In this document: positions 18,622 through 28,981 of the stretch, one piece after another
Position numbering within the stretch: the stretch's first letter is position 1
Layout: every line of letters begins with the position of its first letter
Source of the DNA: Candidatus Tepidifontimicrobium thermophilum
GTDB lineage: Bacteria; Sysuimicrobiota; Sysuimicrobiia; Sysuimicrobiales; Sysuimicrobiaceae
Length of the DNA stretch: 64,000 bases
Reading direction: 5' to 3'
Assembly (NCBI GenBank): GCA_031459915.1
Contig: JAVKHO010000006.1
Span: forward strand, 58,475-122,474
Notes under the pieces: generated by a model
The model's database searches: none
What the model was told of the DNA's origin: nothing
Seen by the model: only the letters and a program-made list of their open reading frames with translations
Program-made: the position numbers and the translations under genes

Positions 18622-19848
18622 ATGCGGGCCCTCGTCTTCCACCCCACGGTGCCCCGCTACCTCCTCACCCGGGCCGTGGGCAGCCTGTGGGAGCCCGCGT
18701 ACTGGAGCGGGCTTTCGGCCCTCCGCCTGCGGGAGCTGCCGGAACCGCGCCTGCCGGATCGCGACTGGGTCCGGGTACGGGTCCGGATGGGGGGTATCTG
18801 CGGCAGCGACCTGCACCTGGTTACCCTGCAGGCCAGCCCGTCGGCTTCCGCCTTCGCCTCCTTCCCCTTCGTCCCTGGCCACGAGAACGTCGGGGAGGTG
18901 GTGGAGACGGGACCGGCGGCCGCGGACCTACCCCCAGGACAGCGGGTGGTGGTGGAGCCGGTGTTGCCCTGCCGTGCCCGCGGGTTCTCCGACCCGTGCG
19001 GCCCGTGCCGGGCCGGTGAGTACCACCTGTGCGTGCGGACCACGGACGGCCACCTGAGTCCCGGCCTGATGGTGGGAGCGTGCCGCGACACGGGAGGGAG
19101 CTGGGGCGAGACCTTCGTGGCTCACCGGTCGCAGGTCCTTCCCCTGCCCGACTCCGTCCCCGACGAGAACGCACTGCTGAGCGAGCCCGCAGCCTGTGCC
19201 CTCCACGCCCTGCTGCGCTGGCGGCCCGCGGACCACGACACCGTCCTGGTCATCGGCGGCGGGGTGATCGGTCAGGCCGTGGTGGCGTGTCTACGGGCCC
19301 TGGGCTGCAGCGCCAGGGTGGTGGTCCTGGTCAAGTACGCCTACCAGGCGGAGCGAGCCCGATCCCTGGGCGCGGATCACACGGTGCAGCTGCAGGGCGC
19401 GGACGGCCACTACGAACCGCTGGCAGAGCTGCTGGGAGCCCGGCTGCGCAAGCCTCTTTTGGGAAAGCGGGCGGTCGTGGGAGGCGCGCGGCTGGTGGTC
19501 GACTGCGTGGGCTCCGGCCGCAGCCTGGACGACGCCCTTCGCCTAGCAGGCCCCGGGGGTACCGTGGTGGTGCTGGGCCTGGCATCCCTGCCCCGCGGCG
19601 TGGACTGGACCCCGGTGTGGCTGAAGGAGTTGCGGGTAGTGGGCAGCTACGCATACGCGGTGGAGGACTGGCAGGGTCAGCGGATCCGAACCTTGGAGTT
19701 GGTGCTGCGGTGGATGCAGGAAGGGAAGCTGGACCTTTCCAGCCTGGTGACCCACCGGTTCCCCTTGGATCGCTACGGGGACGCCCTGCGGACGGCACTG
19801 GGGAAGTCGGCGGGGAAGGCATTCAAGGTGGCGTTCCAGTTTCCCTAA
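18622..19848 (+). CDS. zinc-dependent medium-chain dehydrogenase/reductase (alcohol dehydrogenase family)
   Basis: GICGSDLH and PGHENVGEVVE catalytic-zinc motifs. Structural-zinc Cys cluster CRARGFSDPCGPCRAGEYHLC and Rossmann VIGGGVIGQ. Confidence 0.78.
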   Translation: MRALVFHPTVPRYLLTRAVGSLWEPAYWSGLSALRLRELPEPRLPDRDWVRVRVRMGGICGSDLHLVTLQASPSASAFASFPFVPGHENVGEVVETGPAAADLPPGQRVVVEPVLPCRARGFSDPCGPCRAGEYHLCVRTTDGHLSPGLMVGACRDTGGSWGETFVAHRSQVLPLPDSVPDENALLSEPAACALHALLRWRPADHDTVLVIGGGVIGQAVVACLRALGCSARVVVLVKYAYQAERARSLGADHTVQLQGADGHYEPLAELLGARLRKPLLGKRAVVGGARLVVDCVGSGRSLDDALRLAGPGGTVVVLGLASLPRGVDWTPVWLKELRVVGSYAYAVEDWQGQRIRTLELVLRWMQEGKLDLSSLVTHRFPLDRYGDALRTALGKSAGKAFKVAFQFP

Positions 19849-19868
19849 CAGCGCCCGGGGAGGTCAGG

Positions 19869-20243
19869 ATGGAGGTCACGGGTACGGTCCGTCTCGCAGA
19901 GCAGGTGGCACGGCGCCCCGTGGAACGGGCTTCGGGCGCGTGGGTGCAGGTGCTGGTGGGGCCCACGGAGGGCGCGCCGAACTTCGTCCTGCGCAAGTTC
20001 ACCCTCGAGCCCGGCGGGGTCATCCCTCTCCACCGCCACCCCACCGTGGAGCACGAGCAGTACGTGCTGTCCGGGCGGATCCGCCTCACCCTCGGCGACG
20101 AAGTGCAGGAAGTGGCGGCAGGCCACGTGGTGTTCATCCCTCCGGGTCTGGCCCACCGTTACGAGAACCCCGGCCCGCAGGCCGCGGAGTTCCTGTGCGT
20201 GGTCCCGCAGACCGCCTCCTACGAGACCGAGTGGCTGGAGTGA
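19869..20243 (+). CDS. cupin-domain protein
   Basis: ATG 19869, 124 aa. G.IPLHRHP..EHEQYVLSG...L........G.VVFIPPG..H cupin_2 motifs. Confidence 0.7.
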   Translation: MEVTGTVRLAEQVARRPVERASGAWVQVLVGPTEGAPNFVLRKFTLEPGGVIPLHRHPTVEHEQYVLSGRIRLTLGDEVQEVAAGHVVFIPPGLAHRYENPGPQAAEFLCVVPQTASYETEWLE

Positions 20244-20252
20244 AGGGGGCGC

Positions 20253-21245
20253 CTAAGCGCGGACCTCCTGCCGCTGGAACAGCACGTAGGTGGCCGCGAA
20301 CAGCAGGATCACCACCGCCACCAGGGCCGTGAACTGCGGCCACACGATCAGCAGGCTCTGTCCCAACGGCAGCGGCGTGCCCAGCACCGCGCCTTCTAGC
20401 TGCGTGATGAGGACCGGCCCCAGGGACCGCACCGCGGGGTTCAGCAGGGCGATCACCGTCTCCGCGTACAGGGTGTTGGGCGAGAACCGGGCCAGCAGCA
20501 GCTGCAAACGGGCCTGCGCCAGTTCCTCCGCCACACCGCCGTACTGGGTGGGCCGCAGCGCCTGCGAGATCAGGGCCGCCAGCATGTCCCAGAACACCGC
20601 GAACAGCAGCCACACAGCGATGGCCGTCATAGCGGAGGTGGCGGGCTGCCGGAACACCGCGGAGAACAGCATGCTTAGACCCATCCAGATCCCCGCGTAG
20701 GCGAGGGTAGCCACCAGGAACAGGAGGCCCCGCGCCACCTCCTCCCCGCCGGGGGGCAGCCCCAGCACAAACAGGCCCATGCCCGTGACCACCACCCACA
20801 GGGCCACCAGGGTGATGGCGAGGGTCGCCAGCCCTGCCAGGAACTTCCCCAGGATCAGGGCGTCCCGATAGATGGGCTGGCTGAGCACGCGGCTCAGGGT
20901 CCTCCGGCTGTACTCGCCGTTGATGGCGTCGAACCCCAGGGCGATGGCGGTGAGGGGGATCAAGAAGCCCAAAAAGCCCACGAAGGAGGGCAACGGCTCG
21001 CGGGCGGTGGTGAACAGCCGCAGGAACAGGAACGGGTCCTCCCCGATGGTCTGCCGGATACTCTGGGTGGCCGCGTACACCGTGCCCACCGCGGTGAGGA
21101 GCATGAGGGTCTCCAGGATCTGCATCCGGATGCCCGTGAGGTGGTCCGCCAGCTCCTTGTACACCACCGCCCAGAGGCCCGTCCACGGCGAGCCCTCGCG
21201 TCGGGCCAGGGCCTGCGCGCCCGACTGCGCCAGCTCTGTGCTCAC
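20253..21245 (-). CDS. ABC-2 type transporter permease
   Basis: GTG 21245 overlaps the ATPase stop (GTGA) and has a GGGAGG RBS. N-terminus ...[12 protein letters not shown] is typical of ABC-2/NosY-like permeases. Six predicted TM stretches. Confidence 0.7.
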   Translation of the reverse strand: MSTELAQSGAQALARREGSPWTGLWAVVYKELADHLTGIRMQILETLMLLTAVGTVYAATQSIRQTIGEDPFLFLRLFTTAREPLPSFVGFLGFLIPLTAIALGFDAINGEYSRRTLSRVLSQPIYRDALILGKFLAGLATLAITLVALWVVVTGMGLFVLGLPPGGEEVARGLLFLVATLAYAGIWMGLSMLFSAVFRQPATSAMTAIAVWLLFAVFWDMLAALISQALRPTQYGGVAEELAQARLQLLLARFSPNTLYAETVIALLNPAVRSLGPVLITQLEGAVLGTPLPLGQSLLIVWPQFTALVAVVILLFAATYVLFQRQEVRA

Positions 21246-22186
21246 GCAGCACCTCCCGAGTCCGCTTCCACCTGCTGGAAGTACCTTGCGTACACCTCGT
21301 CCAGCCCCGGACGATCTACGCTCAGCGCCAGCAGCTCTCCGGACGCCACCACCCGCCGCGCGATCTCCGCGCGGCAGTCCACCCGCGCCTCCACCCGGTA
21401 GGTGTCCCCGTCGGTCCGGGTCACCCGCACCACCCCCGGAACCTCCCGGAGGGCCCGCTCCACCTCCACGCCCCGGGCCTGCACGTGGATGCGGTAGGCG
21501 CCGCCCAACACCTGCTCCCGTAGCTCGTCCACGGTGCCCTCCAGGACCATGCGGCCGCGGTGAAACAGCCCCACCCGGTCGCACACGCTCTGGACCTGGT
21601 GCAACAGGTGCGAGGCCAGCAGCACGGTAAGCCCGTCCCGCTTCAGACTCCGGATGAGGGCGAGGAACTCCAGCGCCGCTTCAGGATCCAGCCCCAGGGT
21701 GGGTTCGTCCAGGATCGCCACCTGGGGCTGCTTGAGCAGCACGTCCGCAAGCCCTAGGCGCTGCTTCATCCCGCGGGAGAAGGTGCCCACCTTCCGGTGC
21801 GCTACGTCCTGCAGCCCCATACGCTCCAGCACCTCGCCGATCCTCCGGTTCGCCTCCGCGGAGGGGAGGCCGTTGAGGGCTGCGGTGTAGCGCAGGTTCT
21901 CCCACGCGGTGAGCTCGTCGTAGAAACCCACGGAGTCCGGCAGGTAGCCCACCCGCCGCTTCACCTGCAGGGGCTGGCGGGTTGGATCCCACCCGAGCAC
22001 CCGGGCGGTCCCGGCGGTGGGTTCCGTCAGCCCGAGCAGCATCAGGATGGTGGTGGTCTTGCCCGACCCGTTGGGGCCCAGCATCCCGAACACCTCCCCG
22101 GTGTTCAGGCGGAGGTTCAGGCCCTGGACCGCCACCAGGTCGCCGTACCGCTTGGTCAGACCGACCGTCTCGACCGCGACGCTCAT
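21242..22186 (-). CDS. ABC transporter ATP-binding protein
   Basis: Walker [10 protein letters not shown], signature [12 protein letters not shown], Walker [11 protein letters not shown]. Confidence 0.92.
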   Translation of the reverse strand: MSVAVETVGLTKRYGDLVAVQGLNLRLNTGEVFGMLGPNGSGKTTTILMLLGLTEPTAGTARVLGWDPTRQPLQVKRRVGYLPDSVGFYDELTAWENLRYTAALNGLPSAEANRRIGEVLERMGLQDVAHRKVGTFSRGMKQRLGLADVLLKQPQVAILDEPTLGLDPEAALEFLALIRSLKRDGLTVLLASHLLHQVQSVCDRVGLFHRGRMVLEGTVDELREQVLGGAYRIHVQARGVEVERALREVPGVVRVTRTDGDTYRVEARVDCRAEIARRVVASGELLALSVDRPGLDEVYARYFQQVEADSGGAA

Positions 22187-23337
22187 CGCCGCCCGTACCG
22201 CGACACCGCCTGTCCCACCACCACCAGGGCAGCCGCGATGAGGACGACCCCCACGATCCCCCAGAGCGTCCGGGTCAGGACCGTGATGCGGAAGTCCGCG
22301 GAGGCGGACCCCTCGCTGGCGCTGGCGGTGATGGTCACCATGTAGTCACCCGCGATGGCCCGCGGGGACGGCCGCACCCGAGCGGTCACCTCCCGCTCTC
22401 CCCGGGGCGGGATCTCGTCGATACGCTCAGGCTCGAAGGTCACCTCCCACCCGGAGGGCGGAGATGCGGACAGGGACACGTTCCGTGCTGGAGCAGACCC
22501 CTCGTTCTTGATCACCACCTTCAGGGGCTCGGTGGACCCCGCGTACGCGCGGCCGGAAAGCCGCCCCTCCGGCGCGGTGACCCGAAGCTCGGGACGGCCC
22601 GTCACCTCGGCGGTCAGCCGCAAGGTGGCGCTGGTCCCCCCGCCCACCGCCCGGACGGTGATGGGGTACGTGCCGGCAGGGGTGTCCTGCGGCATACTGA
22701 CCTCCACCTCCACCTCCCGGGACTCCCCCGCCTTGACCGGCACGCTGGTCACCTGTTGGGCCAGCAGGGTGAAGTTCACCTGAAAACGTCGCGGCGCTTC
22801 CGCGTCCAGCTGCACCAGCTGGTCCTGGTCGCTGTCGTTGCGCAGGGTAACCCGGTACCGGAAGGTGGAAGTCGCGGGCCCCCGCAGGGTCGGAAGCTCC
22901 GCCTCCAGGCTGAGGCGCGGGGGGAGCACCTGGCCCATGGTGATCTCCAGGGGCAGCGACGCGCTGGCTCCCTGTCCCTGCGCCGCTACCCGGAACCGGT
23001 AGGTGCCCGCCCGCACCCCGCGCGGCGGCTCCAGGCGGAGGGTCACCGTGGCTTCCCCGTCGGGGATCACGGACACCGCCTGCACCACCCGTCCGCCTGC
23101 CAGAAACCGTGCGCGCCAGCCGGCTGGAATCTCAGTCACCCGCAGGCTCACCACCTGGGGGGGCAGGTCGAAGTTGCGCACCGTGAGGCTCAGGGACACG
23201 GGTTCGCCCGCTCGCACCGTCTGCGCCGGGTACTGTGTGTAGAGCGCGAGGCCGCGGAACGCGGGAGCGGCCAACCCGGGGCTGGTCACGCCCAGGGCCA
23301 GGACGACGGCGAGCCCGATCCACCCGACTGCGTGCAT
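22183..23337 (-). CDS. signal-peptide / C-terminal TM protein with repeated NEW3/CARDB-like beta-sandwich modules (COG1470-like), partner of the ABC-2 exporter
   Basis: ATG 23337 with GGAGG RBS and signal [21 protein letters not shown]. Repeated ...V.N.G......V.L....P.GW...F.P modules. C-terminal [20 protein letters not shown]. Confidence 0.58.
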   Translation of the reverse strand: MHAVGWIGLAVVLALGVTSPGLAAPAFRGLALYTQYPAQTVRAGEPVSLSLTVRNFDLPPQVVSLRVTEIPAGWRARFLAGGRVVQAVSVIPDGEATVTLRLEPPRGVRAGTYRFRVAAQGQGASASLPLEITMGQVLPPRLSLEAELPTLRGPATSTFRYRVTLRNDSDQDQLVQLDAEAPRRFQVNFTLLAQQVTSVPVKAGESREVEVEVSMPQDTPAGTYPITVRAVGGGTSATLRLTAEVTGRPELRVTAPEGRLSGRAYAGSTEPLKVVIKNEGSAPARNVSLSASPPSGWEVTFEPERIDEIPPRGEREVTARVRPSPRAIAGDYMVTITASASEGSASADFRITVLTRTLWGIVGVVLIAAALVVVGQAVSRYGRR

Positions 23338-23476
23338 CCAAGCACCTCCTCGTGGCTTGTCCGTGGGGTCTGGGAGTCCGCCCGCGGTCCGTCCAGGACA
23401 CCTCGGGCGAAGGGCCGGGCCTTCCCCGCACCCTCCTCTACATACGATACCCGGGGCCTTCAAGCTCCGGTTCCCG

Positions 23477-24361
23477 CTACGGAGCCAGGACCCACAGCGC
23501 CCCGGGTTGGACCCGGAAACGGGCGGGGGTCGTGCCCGCGGGCTCCCCGTCCGCGTGCACCGCCAGCGGGATCCGGGCCTCCACCACCACCTCCCGCGCC
23601 GCCGCCCGGGCCACCTTCGGGTGGCTGAGATGCCGCCCCGCGTACAACAGCGGCAGGATCCTGAACACCTCCAGCTTGCGCACGTCCCCGATGCGGACCA
23701 CCTCCAGCTCCCCGTCGTCGGGCCGGGCGTCGGGGCACATCCGAACTCCGCCCGCGTAGGCGGGCGAGTTGCCCACCGCCACCAGAAACGCCCGCGCGTT
23801 CCACGGGACGCCGTCCAGCCGCACTTCCACCTCCGTGGGCTGGTACCGCAGGAGCGTCCGGAAGATCCCCGCGACGTACATGGCCGTGCCCCGGACGAGC
23901 TTGCTCCTGCGGTTGACCCACCGCGCCACCTCGGCGTCGAAACCCACACCCGCCACGTTGACGAACCACCGGTCGTTCACATGGCCCAGGTCCACCCGTC
24001 GGCGCCGTCCCGACGCCAGCACCTTCACCGCCCCCTCCACGTCCAGGGGGATCCCCAGGCAGGCGGCGAAGTCGTTGGCGGTGCCGAGGGGAACCAGTCC
24101 CAGGCTCAGCGATCCCAGCGCCCCGGACCGCGCCAGCCCGTTGGACGCCTCGTTGGCCGTCCCGTCCCCCCCCACCGCCAGCACCACGTCCACGCCTGAC
24201 CGGGCCGCCTCCGCGGCCAGCTCCACTGCGTGGCCGGGAGCCTCAGACCACAGCTCGTCCACCGACCAGCCGGCGGCCACGAGGCGCTCCCGCACCTGCG
24301 GCCAGCGTCGGGCCGCGCGGCCGCGGCCGGCCACCGGGTTGACCACCGCCACCGCCTTCAC
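23477..24361 (-). CDS. diacylglycerol/lipid kinase family protein (YegS/BmrU-like)
   Basis: VNPVAGRGRA, VLAVGGDGTANE and PLGTANDFA motifs. GTG 24361 was chosen to avoid overlapping fixX. Confidence 0.78.
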   Translation of the reverse strand: MKAVAVVNPVAGRGRAARRWPQVRERLVAAGWSVDELWSEAPGHAVELAAEAARSGVDVVLAVGGDGTANEASNGLARSGALGSLSLGLVPLGTANDFAACLGIPLDVEGAVKVLASGRRRRVDLGHVNDRWFVNVAGVGFDAEVARWVNRRSKLVRGTAMYVAGIFRTLLRYQPTEVEVRLDGVPWNARAFLVAVGNSPAYAGGVRMCPDARPDDGELEVVRIGDVRKLEVFRILPLLYAGRHLSHPKVARAAAREVVVEARIPLAVHADGEPAGTTPARFRVQPGALWVLAP

Positions 24362-24392
24362 GGGCGCCCCGCCCCCGAGGACGTAGGTCGCC

Positions 24393-24701
24393 TCAACCGT
24401 AGCGGTACTGGATCCCGAACCCACCCCTCGGAGGCCTCCAGTCGATGACCCGGTAGGGGCAGCCCACGAGGCACGTGGTGCACTCCACGCAGTTCTCGTA
24501 CGCCACCACGATGCGGGCCTGCTCCGGGTCCCATTCGTACACCTTGGCGGGACAGAACGTGGTGCACGGCCGCCGCCACTCGTCCCCACACCGGTCCGCG
24601 CACGTGCGGGGGTCCGTGATGGCGATGTGGCTGGTCCGGTCGTGCTTCCACCGGAGCGTGTACAGCTTCTCTTCCACTCGCGAAGGCCCGCGCAGCTCCA
24701 T
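24393..24701 (-). CDS. fixX: FixX-type ferredoxin-like protein
   Basis: 102 aa. HI.I.D...C..........C..FCPA.VY and CVECTTCLVGCP pattern typical of FixX. Confidence 0.8.
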   Translation of the reverse strand: MELRGPSRVEEKLYTLRWKHDRTSHIAITDPRTCADRCGDEWRRPCTTFCPAKVYEWDPEQARIVVAYENCVECTTCLVGCPYRVIDWRPPRGGFGIQYRYG

Positions 24702-24746
24702 CTGCTCCTCCGTCGGGACTCCCCCAGCCTCCCCGATCCCCTCCCC

Positions 24747-26060
24747 CTAGCGGACCGCCCTCCACACCTCGTAAAGGTCCCGGGCTAGACCCCACAGGGG
24801 CTTCCGGCGGGTGACCTCCCGCCAGATCTTGCGCTGCTTGTCGCGCTTCGGCAGCCCGTCCACGGTCAGCATCTCGTGCGCCGCCAGGTTGGCCAGCTCC
24901 GCAAAGGTACCGAACAGGTCCGGACGGCGCTCCGCCAGCTCGGGGAGGTCCCGGTACTTCCGCAGGTCCTTCAGCACGAACGACTCCTCCAGCTTCGCCG
25001 CGTACAGACTCAGGGTGCGCGCGCTGAAGTCTCCGCGCTGCTTGGCCTCCACCACCGTCTCCCCGGCGAGTCGGCCCGCGGTCATGGCCAGGTTGCTCCC
25101 TTCCCGGTGCAGGCCGTTCACCATCATGGCCGCGTCCCCGGCCACCAGAACTCCGTCCCCGTACAGCTTCGGCATCGCCCGCCAGCCGCCCTCCGGGATA
25201 GCGTGCGCGCTGTACTCCAGGGTCTCCCCGCCAGCCAGCAGGGGCCGCACCAGGGGGTGCTGTTTCAGCCCCTCCAGCAGCTCGTACGGCGGGATGCGGG
25301 TGCGCATCAGGTGCGAGACCAGCACGCCCACGCCCACGGACACGGAGTCGTGGTTGGTGTACAGGAACCCGTAGCCGGACATGCCCCGGGTCACCGCCCC
25401 GTAGATCTCGATGGTGACCCCCTGGCCGCGCTCCACGTTGAAGCGCCCCTCGATGACCTCGGGGGGCAGGCCGACCACTTCCTTGACACCCAGAGCGAGC
25501 TGGTGGGGTTCCACCGGGTGATCCCGCAGCCTCGCCCGCTCCACCAGGGCGGAGTTCACCCCATCGCACAGGACCACCACGTCCGCATGCAGGTCTCCCT
25601 CCTCCCGACCGGTCCGCACGCCCGCCACCCGCCCGTCCTGCCACAGGACGTCCTCCACCGTGGTCCCCGGGACCAACAGGGCTCCTGCCTCCTCCGCCTT
25701 CTGCGCGAACCAGCGATCCCACTTGGCCCGCAACACGGTGAAGGCGTTGGGACACCCGTCCGGGTGGTAAGCGCCCTTTGGGCTGCGGTGGCTCACGCTC
25801 ACCGCGCTGTCGTCCGTGGCGAGCCAGATCCGCTCCTCCACCACTACCCGCTCGATGGGGGCACCCTGGGTCCAGAACTCGGGGACCACCTCCGCGGCCA
25901 TGCGGCCGTACATGACGCCGCCCATCACGTTCTTGGCACCGGGGTACTCGCCACGCTCCACCAGGACCACGCTGAGCCCCGCCCGGGCCATGGTGGTGGC
26001 CGCGGCGGCTCCCGCGGGTCCGGCCCCCACCACGACGGCGTCGAACTTCTCCACCTCCAC
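24747..26060 (-). CDS. fixC: FixC-type FAD-dependent oxidoreductase (electron-transfer flavoprotein:quinone oxidoreductase-like)
   Basis: FDAVVVGAGPAGAAAA dinucleotide fold, 437 aa, FixC-like throughout. Starts 15 nt after the nuoN stop. Confidence 0.8.
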   Translation of the reverse strand: MEVEKFDAVVVGAGPAGAAAATTMARAGLSVVLVERGEYPGAKNVMGGVMYGRMAAEVVPEFWTQGAPIERVVVEERIWLATDDSAVSVSHRSPKGAYHPDGCPNAFTVLRAKWDRWFAQKAEEAGALLVPGTTVEDVLWQDGRVAGVRTGREEGDLHADVVVLCDGVNSALVERARLRDHPVEPHQLALGVKEVVGLPPEVIEGRFNVERGQGVTIEIYGAVTRGMSGYGFLYTNHDSVSVGVGVLVSHLMRTRIPPYELLEGLKQHPLVRPLLAGGETLEYSAHAIPEGGWRAMPKLYGDGVLVAGDAAMMVNGLHREGSNLAMTAGRLAGETVVEAKQRGDFSARTLSLYAAKLEESFVLKDLRKYRDLPELAERRPDLFGTFAELANLAAHEMLTVDGLPKRDKQRKIWREVTRRKPLWGLARDLYEVWRAVR

Positions 26061-26075
26061 ACCTCCTCCCCGGGA

Positions 26076-27488
26076 TCAGCGCAGGAGTGCCGCCACGCGC
26101 TGCGCCCAGCTGGTAAGGGGTCCCGGCAGCACCCCGAACAGCAGGGTGGCCGCGGCGCTGAGGCCGAGGGCCACCCCCGCCCACGGGGCGCGCATTACCC
26201 GTACCCCTGCCCGCGCGGGGCCCAGGTAGGCCACGTAGGCCGCGCGGAGGTAGTAAGCTACCGACACCACGCTGGTGGCGACCGCCACCAGCGCCAGCCA
26301 CAACAGGCCCGCCTCGAGGGCAGCGGTGAACAGGTAGAACTTCCCCACAAACCCCGCGGTGGGCGGCAGCCCCGTCAGCGACGCCATGAACACCGCGAAG
26401 GCGGCCGCCGCCGCCGGCGACCGGTCCGCCAGCCCGCGCAGGTCCTCCACCTCGTCCGCCTCCACCCCCGCCCGCTCCAGAAACGTGAGGACGCCGAAGG
26501 CGCCCAGGTTCATGGCGCCGTAGACGGCCAGGTAGTACACCGCGCTCCACACGCCGGCGTCGCTTCCGGCCGCTACCCCGATGAGCAGGTAGCCCGCGTG
26601 CGCGACGCTGGAGTACGCCAGCATCCGCTTGAGGTTCGTCTGCCGCAGGGCCGCCAGGTTGCCCACCACCATGGTGGCGGCGGAGAGTGCGGCCAGTAGG
26701 GGCTGCCACGCGGACAGCAGGTGCGGGACCGTCGCGGGCAGGATCCGCAGCAGGGCACCCACAGCCCCCACCTTCGCCACCACCGACATGAAGGCCACCG
26801 CGGGCACGGGAGCCCCCTCGTACACGTCGGGTGCCCAGGCGTGGAAGGGGACTACGGCCGCCTTGAACCCGAGCCCCACCACCAGCAGGCCCAAGCCCAC
26901 CAGGAGCGGGAAGGACGCATCGGCCTCCGCGAGACGTGACAGCGCGGTGCCGCCCGTGACCCCGTACACGAGCGCGACCCCGTACAGCAGGAGCGCGGAC
27001 GCGAACGACCCCAGGAGGAAGTACTTCAGGGAGGCTTCCTGGGACCGGTGGCTGTCCCGCGCGAACCCCGCCAGCACGTACAGGGGCAGCGACAGGGTTT
27101 CCAGCGCCACGAACAGGAACAGCAGGTCCTGACTGGCCACCATGAGCATGGCCCCTACCGTGGACAGCAGGACCAGGGCGTAGTACTCGCCCCGGTCCAG
27201 CCCCGTGCGCACCAGGTAGTCCCGCGCCAGCAGCAGGCCCACCCCGGCCACCGCCAGGGCCACGGCCTGCAGGGCGTTCCCCAGGGCGTCCCGAGCGTAG
27301 AGGGTGCCGAAGGCCGCCTCCCCCGACCTCCACAGGGGCGCAGCGGCTGCCGAGAGGGCCAGCACCCCCACCACCAGCCAGGCCATCCGGGCCCTGGGCC
27401 CCCGAACGAAGACGTCGCCCACCAGGACCGCCAGGGCGGCCGCCACCACCGTCAGCTCCGGAAACAGGGGTCTCAGGTCCAGGTTCAC
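26076..27488 (-). CDS. nuoN: NADH-quinone oxidoreductase subunit N
   Basis: GTG 27488 overlaps the nuoM stop (GTGA) and has a GGGGAGGG RBS. Polytopic antiporter-like protein at the end of the nuo operon. Confidence 0.9.
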   Translation of the reverse strand: MNLDLRPLFPELTVVAAALAVLVGDVFVRGPRARMAWLVVGVLALSAAAAPLWRSGEAAFGTLYARDALGNALQAVALAVAGVGLLLARDYLVRTGLDRGEYYALVLLSTVGAMLMVASQDLLFLFVALETLSLPLYVLAGFARDSHRSQEASLKYFLLGSFASALLLYGVALVYGVTGGTALSRLAEADASFPLLVGLGLLVVGLGFKAAVVPFHAWAPDVYEGAPVPAVAFMSVVAKVGAVGALLRILPATVPHLLSAWQPLLAALSAATMVVGNLAALRQTNLKRMLAYSSVAHAGYLLIGVAAGSDAGVWSAVYYLAVYGAMNLGAFGVLTFLERAGVEADEVEDLRGLADRSPAAAAAFAVFMASLTGLPPTAGFVGKFYLFTAALEAGLLWLALVAVATSVVSVAYYLRAAYVAYLGPARAGVRVMRAPWAGVALGLSAAATLLFGVLPGPLTSWAQRVAALLR

Positions 27489-28981
27489 GGCCGCCCTCCC
27501 CACTCGGGACTGGCCGTCTTTCCGACGGACACCACCCGCTGGACCAAGGCCTGCACCGCGGCCTCACTGCGCGCCAGCCACGGCCGCGGGTACAACCCGA
27601 TCCACAGCACCGCGAGGACCAGGGCCACTAGGGCCGCGCCCTCGTGCAACCGGAGGGGTGCGAACGCCCTCACCTCCGGACGCACCGGGCCGAAGTACAC
27701 CCGCTGGACCATCCACAGGAGGTAGACCGCGGACAGGATCACCCCGACGGCCGCCAGGGCAGCCCAGCCCGGGTCCCTGCGGAACGCGCCCAGCAGCACC
27801 AGGAACTCGCCCACGAACCCGTTCGTACCCGGCAGGGCCGCGGACGAGAACACCACGAACAGGGAGAGGGCGGCAAAGGTGGGCATCACCCGGGCCACCC
27901 CTCCGAAGGCGTCCATCTCCCGCGTGTGGGCGCGTTCGTACAGCACACCCACCAGGAGGAACAGCGCCCCGGTGGAGATCCCGTGGTTCACCATCTGCAG
28001 GAGGGCTCCCGCCAGCCCCTGCGGGTTCAGGGCGAAGGTCCCCAGGACCACGAAACCCAGGTGGCTCACGGACGAGTAGGCCACCAAGCGTTTGACGTCC
28101 GGCTGGGTGTACGCTACTGCGGCCCCGTACAGGATCCCCACCACGCCCAGCGCCATGAAAAACGGCGCCGCCGCGCGCGCCACCTCGGGGAAGAGGGTCA
28201 GGCAGAACCGCACGAGCCCGTAGGTGCCCATCTTCAGCAATAGCCCTGCCAGGATCACGCTGCCTGCCGTGGGCGCTTCCGTGTGGGCGTCCGGGAGCCA
28301 GGTGTGCAACGGGAACAGGGGGACCTTGATGGCGAAGGCCACCGCGAACGCCGCAAACAGCCACCCCTGTGCCGGCTGCGGCAGCTCCGCAGCCAGCAGA
28401 CGGAGGAAGTCCAGGGTCCCGGCGGCCAGGTACAGTCCCGCGATGGCGAGGAGCATGAGCACGCTGCCGGCCATGGTGAACAGGAAGAACTTCAGCGCCG
28501 CGTACGCCCGCCGCTCTGAGCCCCAGAGTCCGATGAGGAAGTACATGGGGACCAGCACCGCCTCCCAGAACACGTAGAACAGCAGCAGGTCCAGGGCCAG
28601 GAAGGTCCCAAGCACCGCGGTTTCCAGGAGCAACAGGAGCACCAGGTACTCCTTCACCCTCGTCCGCACCGCGTCCCACGTCCCCACCAGGGCCACAGGG
28701 AACAGGAACGCGGTGAGGAGCACCAGGGGGAGGGAAATGCCGTCCACTCCCAGGTGGTAGCCGATCCCCACGGCGGGCACCCAGAGGCCGCGCTCCGTCA
28801 GCCAGAAGCCGGCTTCGCCCTGAGGCGCCTGCCAGAACAGCCAGGCCGCCAGGGCCAGGGGGAGCAAGGTGGTCAGGAGGGCCACCGTCCGCAGCAGCCG
28901 GTCCCGCCGGGGGAGCAGCGCCACCAGCACCGCCCCTCCCAGGGGGCCGAACACCATCGCGGAGAGCACCCAGGAGGGCAT
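27485..28981 (-). CDS. nuoM: NADH-quinone oxidoreductase subunit M
   Basis: ATG 28981 overlaps the nuoL stop. Antiporter-like, with the WLPDAHTEAPTAGSVILA motif. Confidence 0.9.
   Translation of the reverse strand: MPSWVLSAMVFGPLGGAVLVALLPRRDRLLRTVALLTTLLPLALAAWLFWQAPQGEAGFWLTERGLWVPAVGIGYHLGVDGISLPLVLLTAFLFPVALVGTWDAVRTRVKEYLVLLLLLETAVLGTFLALDLLLFYVFWEAVLVPMYFLIGLWGSERRAYAALKFFLFTMAGSVLMLLAIAGLYLAAGTLDFLRLLAAELPQPAQGWLFAAFAVAFAIKVPLFPLHTWLPDAHTEAPTAGSVILAGLLLKMGTYGLVRFCLTLFPEVARAAAPFFMALGVVGILYGAAVAYTQPDVKRLVAYSSVSHLGFVVLGTFALNPQGLAGALLQMVNHGISTGALFLLVGVLYERAHTREMDAFGGVARVMPTFAALSLFVVFSSAALPGTNGFVGEFLVLLGAFRRDPGWAALAAVGVILSAVYLLWMVQRVYFGPVRPEVRAFAPLRLHEGAALVALVLAVLWIGLYPRPWLARSEAAVQALVQRVVSVGKTASPEWGGRP

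Noticed and set aside
19869-20243. Idea that the aldolase-II protein and cupin represent MtnB/MtnD of the methionine salvage pathway
   Set aside because: The cupin is only 124 aa and lacks the ARD-family length and pattern. The intervening Zn-MDR does not fit the pathway, and no other mtn genes are nearby.
24358-27567. 1069-aa ORF on the minus strand, the longest in this part of the track
   Set aside because: It is a frame-shifted overlap of fixX, fixC and nuoN on the same strand. The sequence is R/G/P-rich low-complexity with no RBS or recognisable motif. It is a typical GC-driven shadow ORF.
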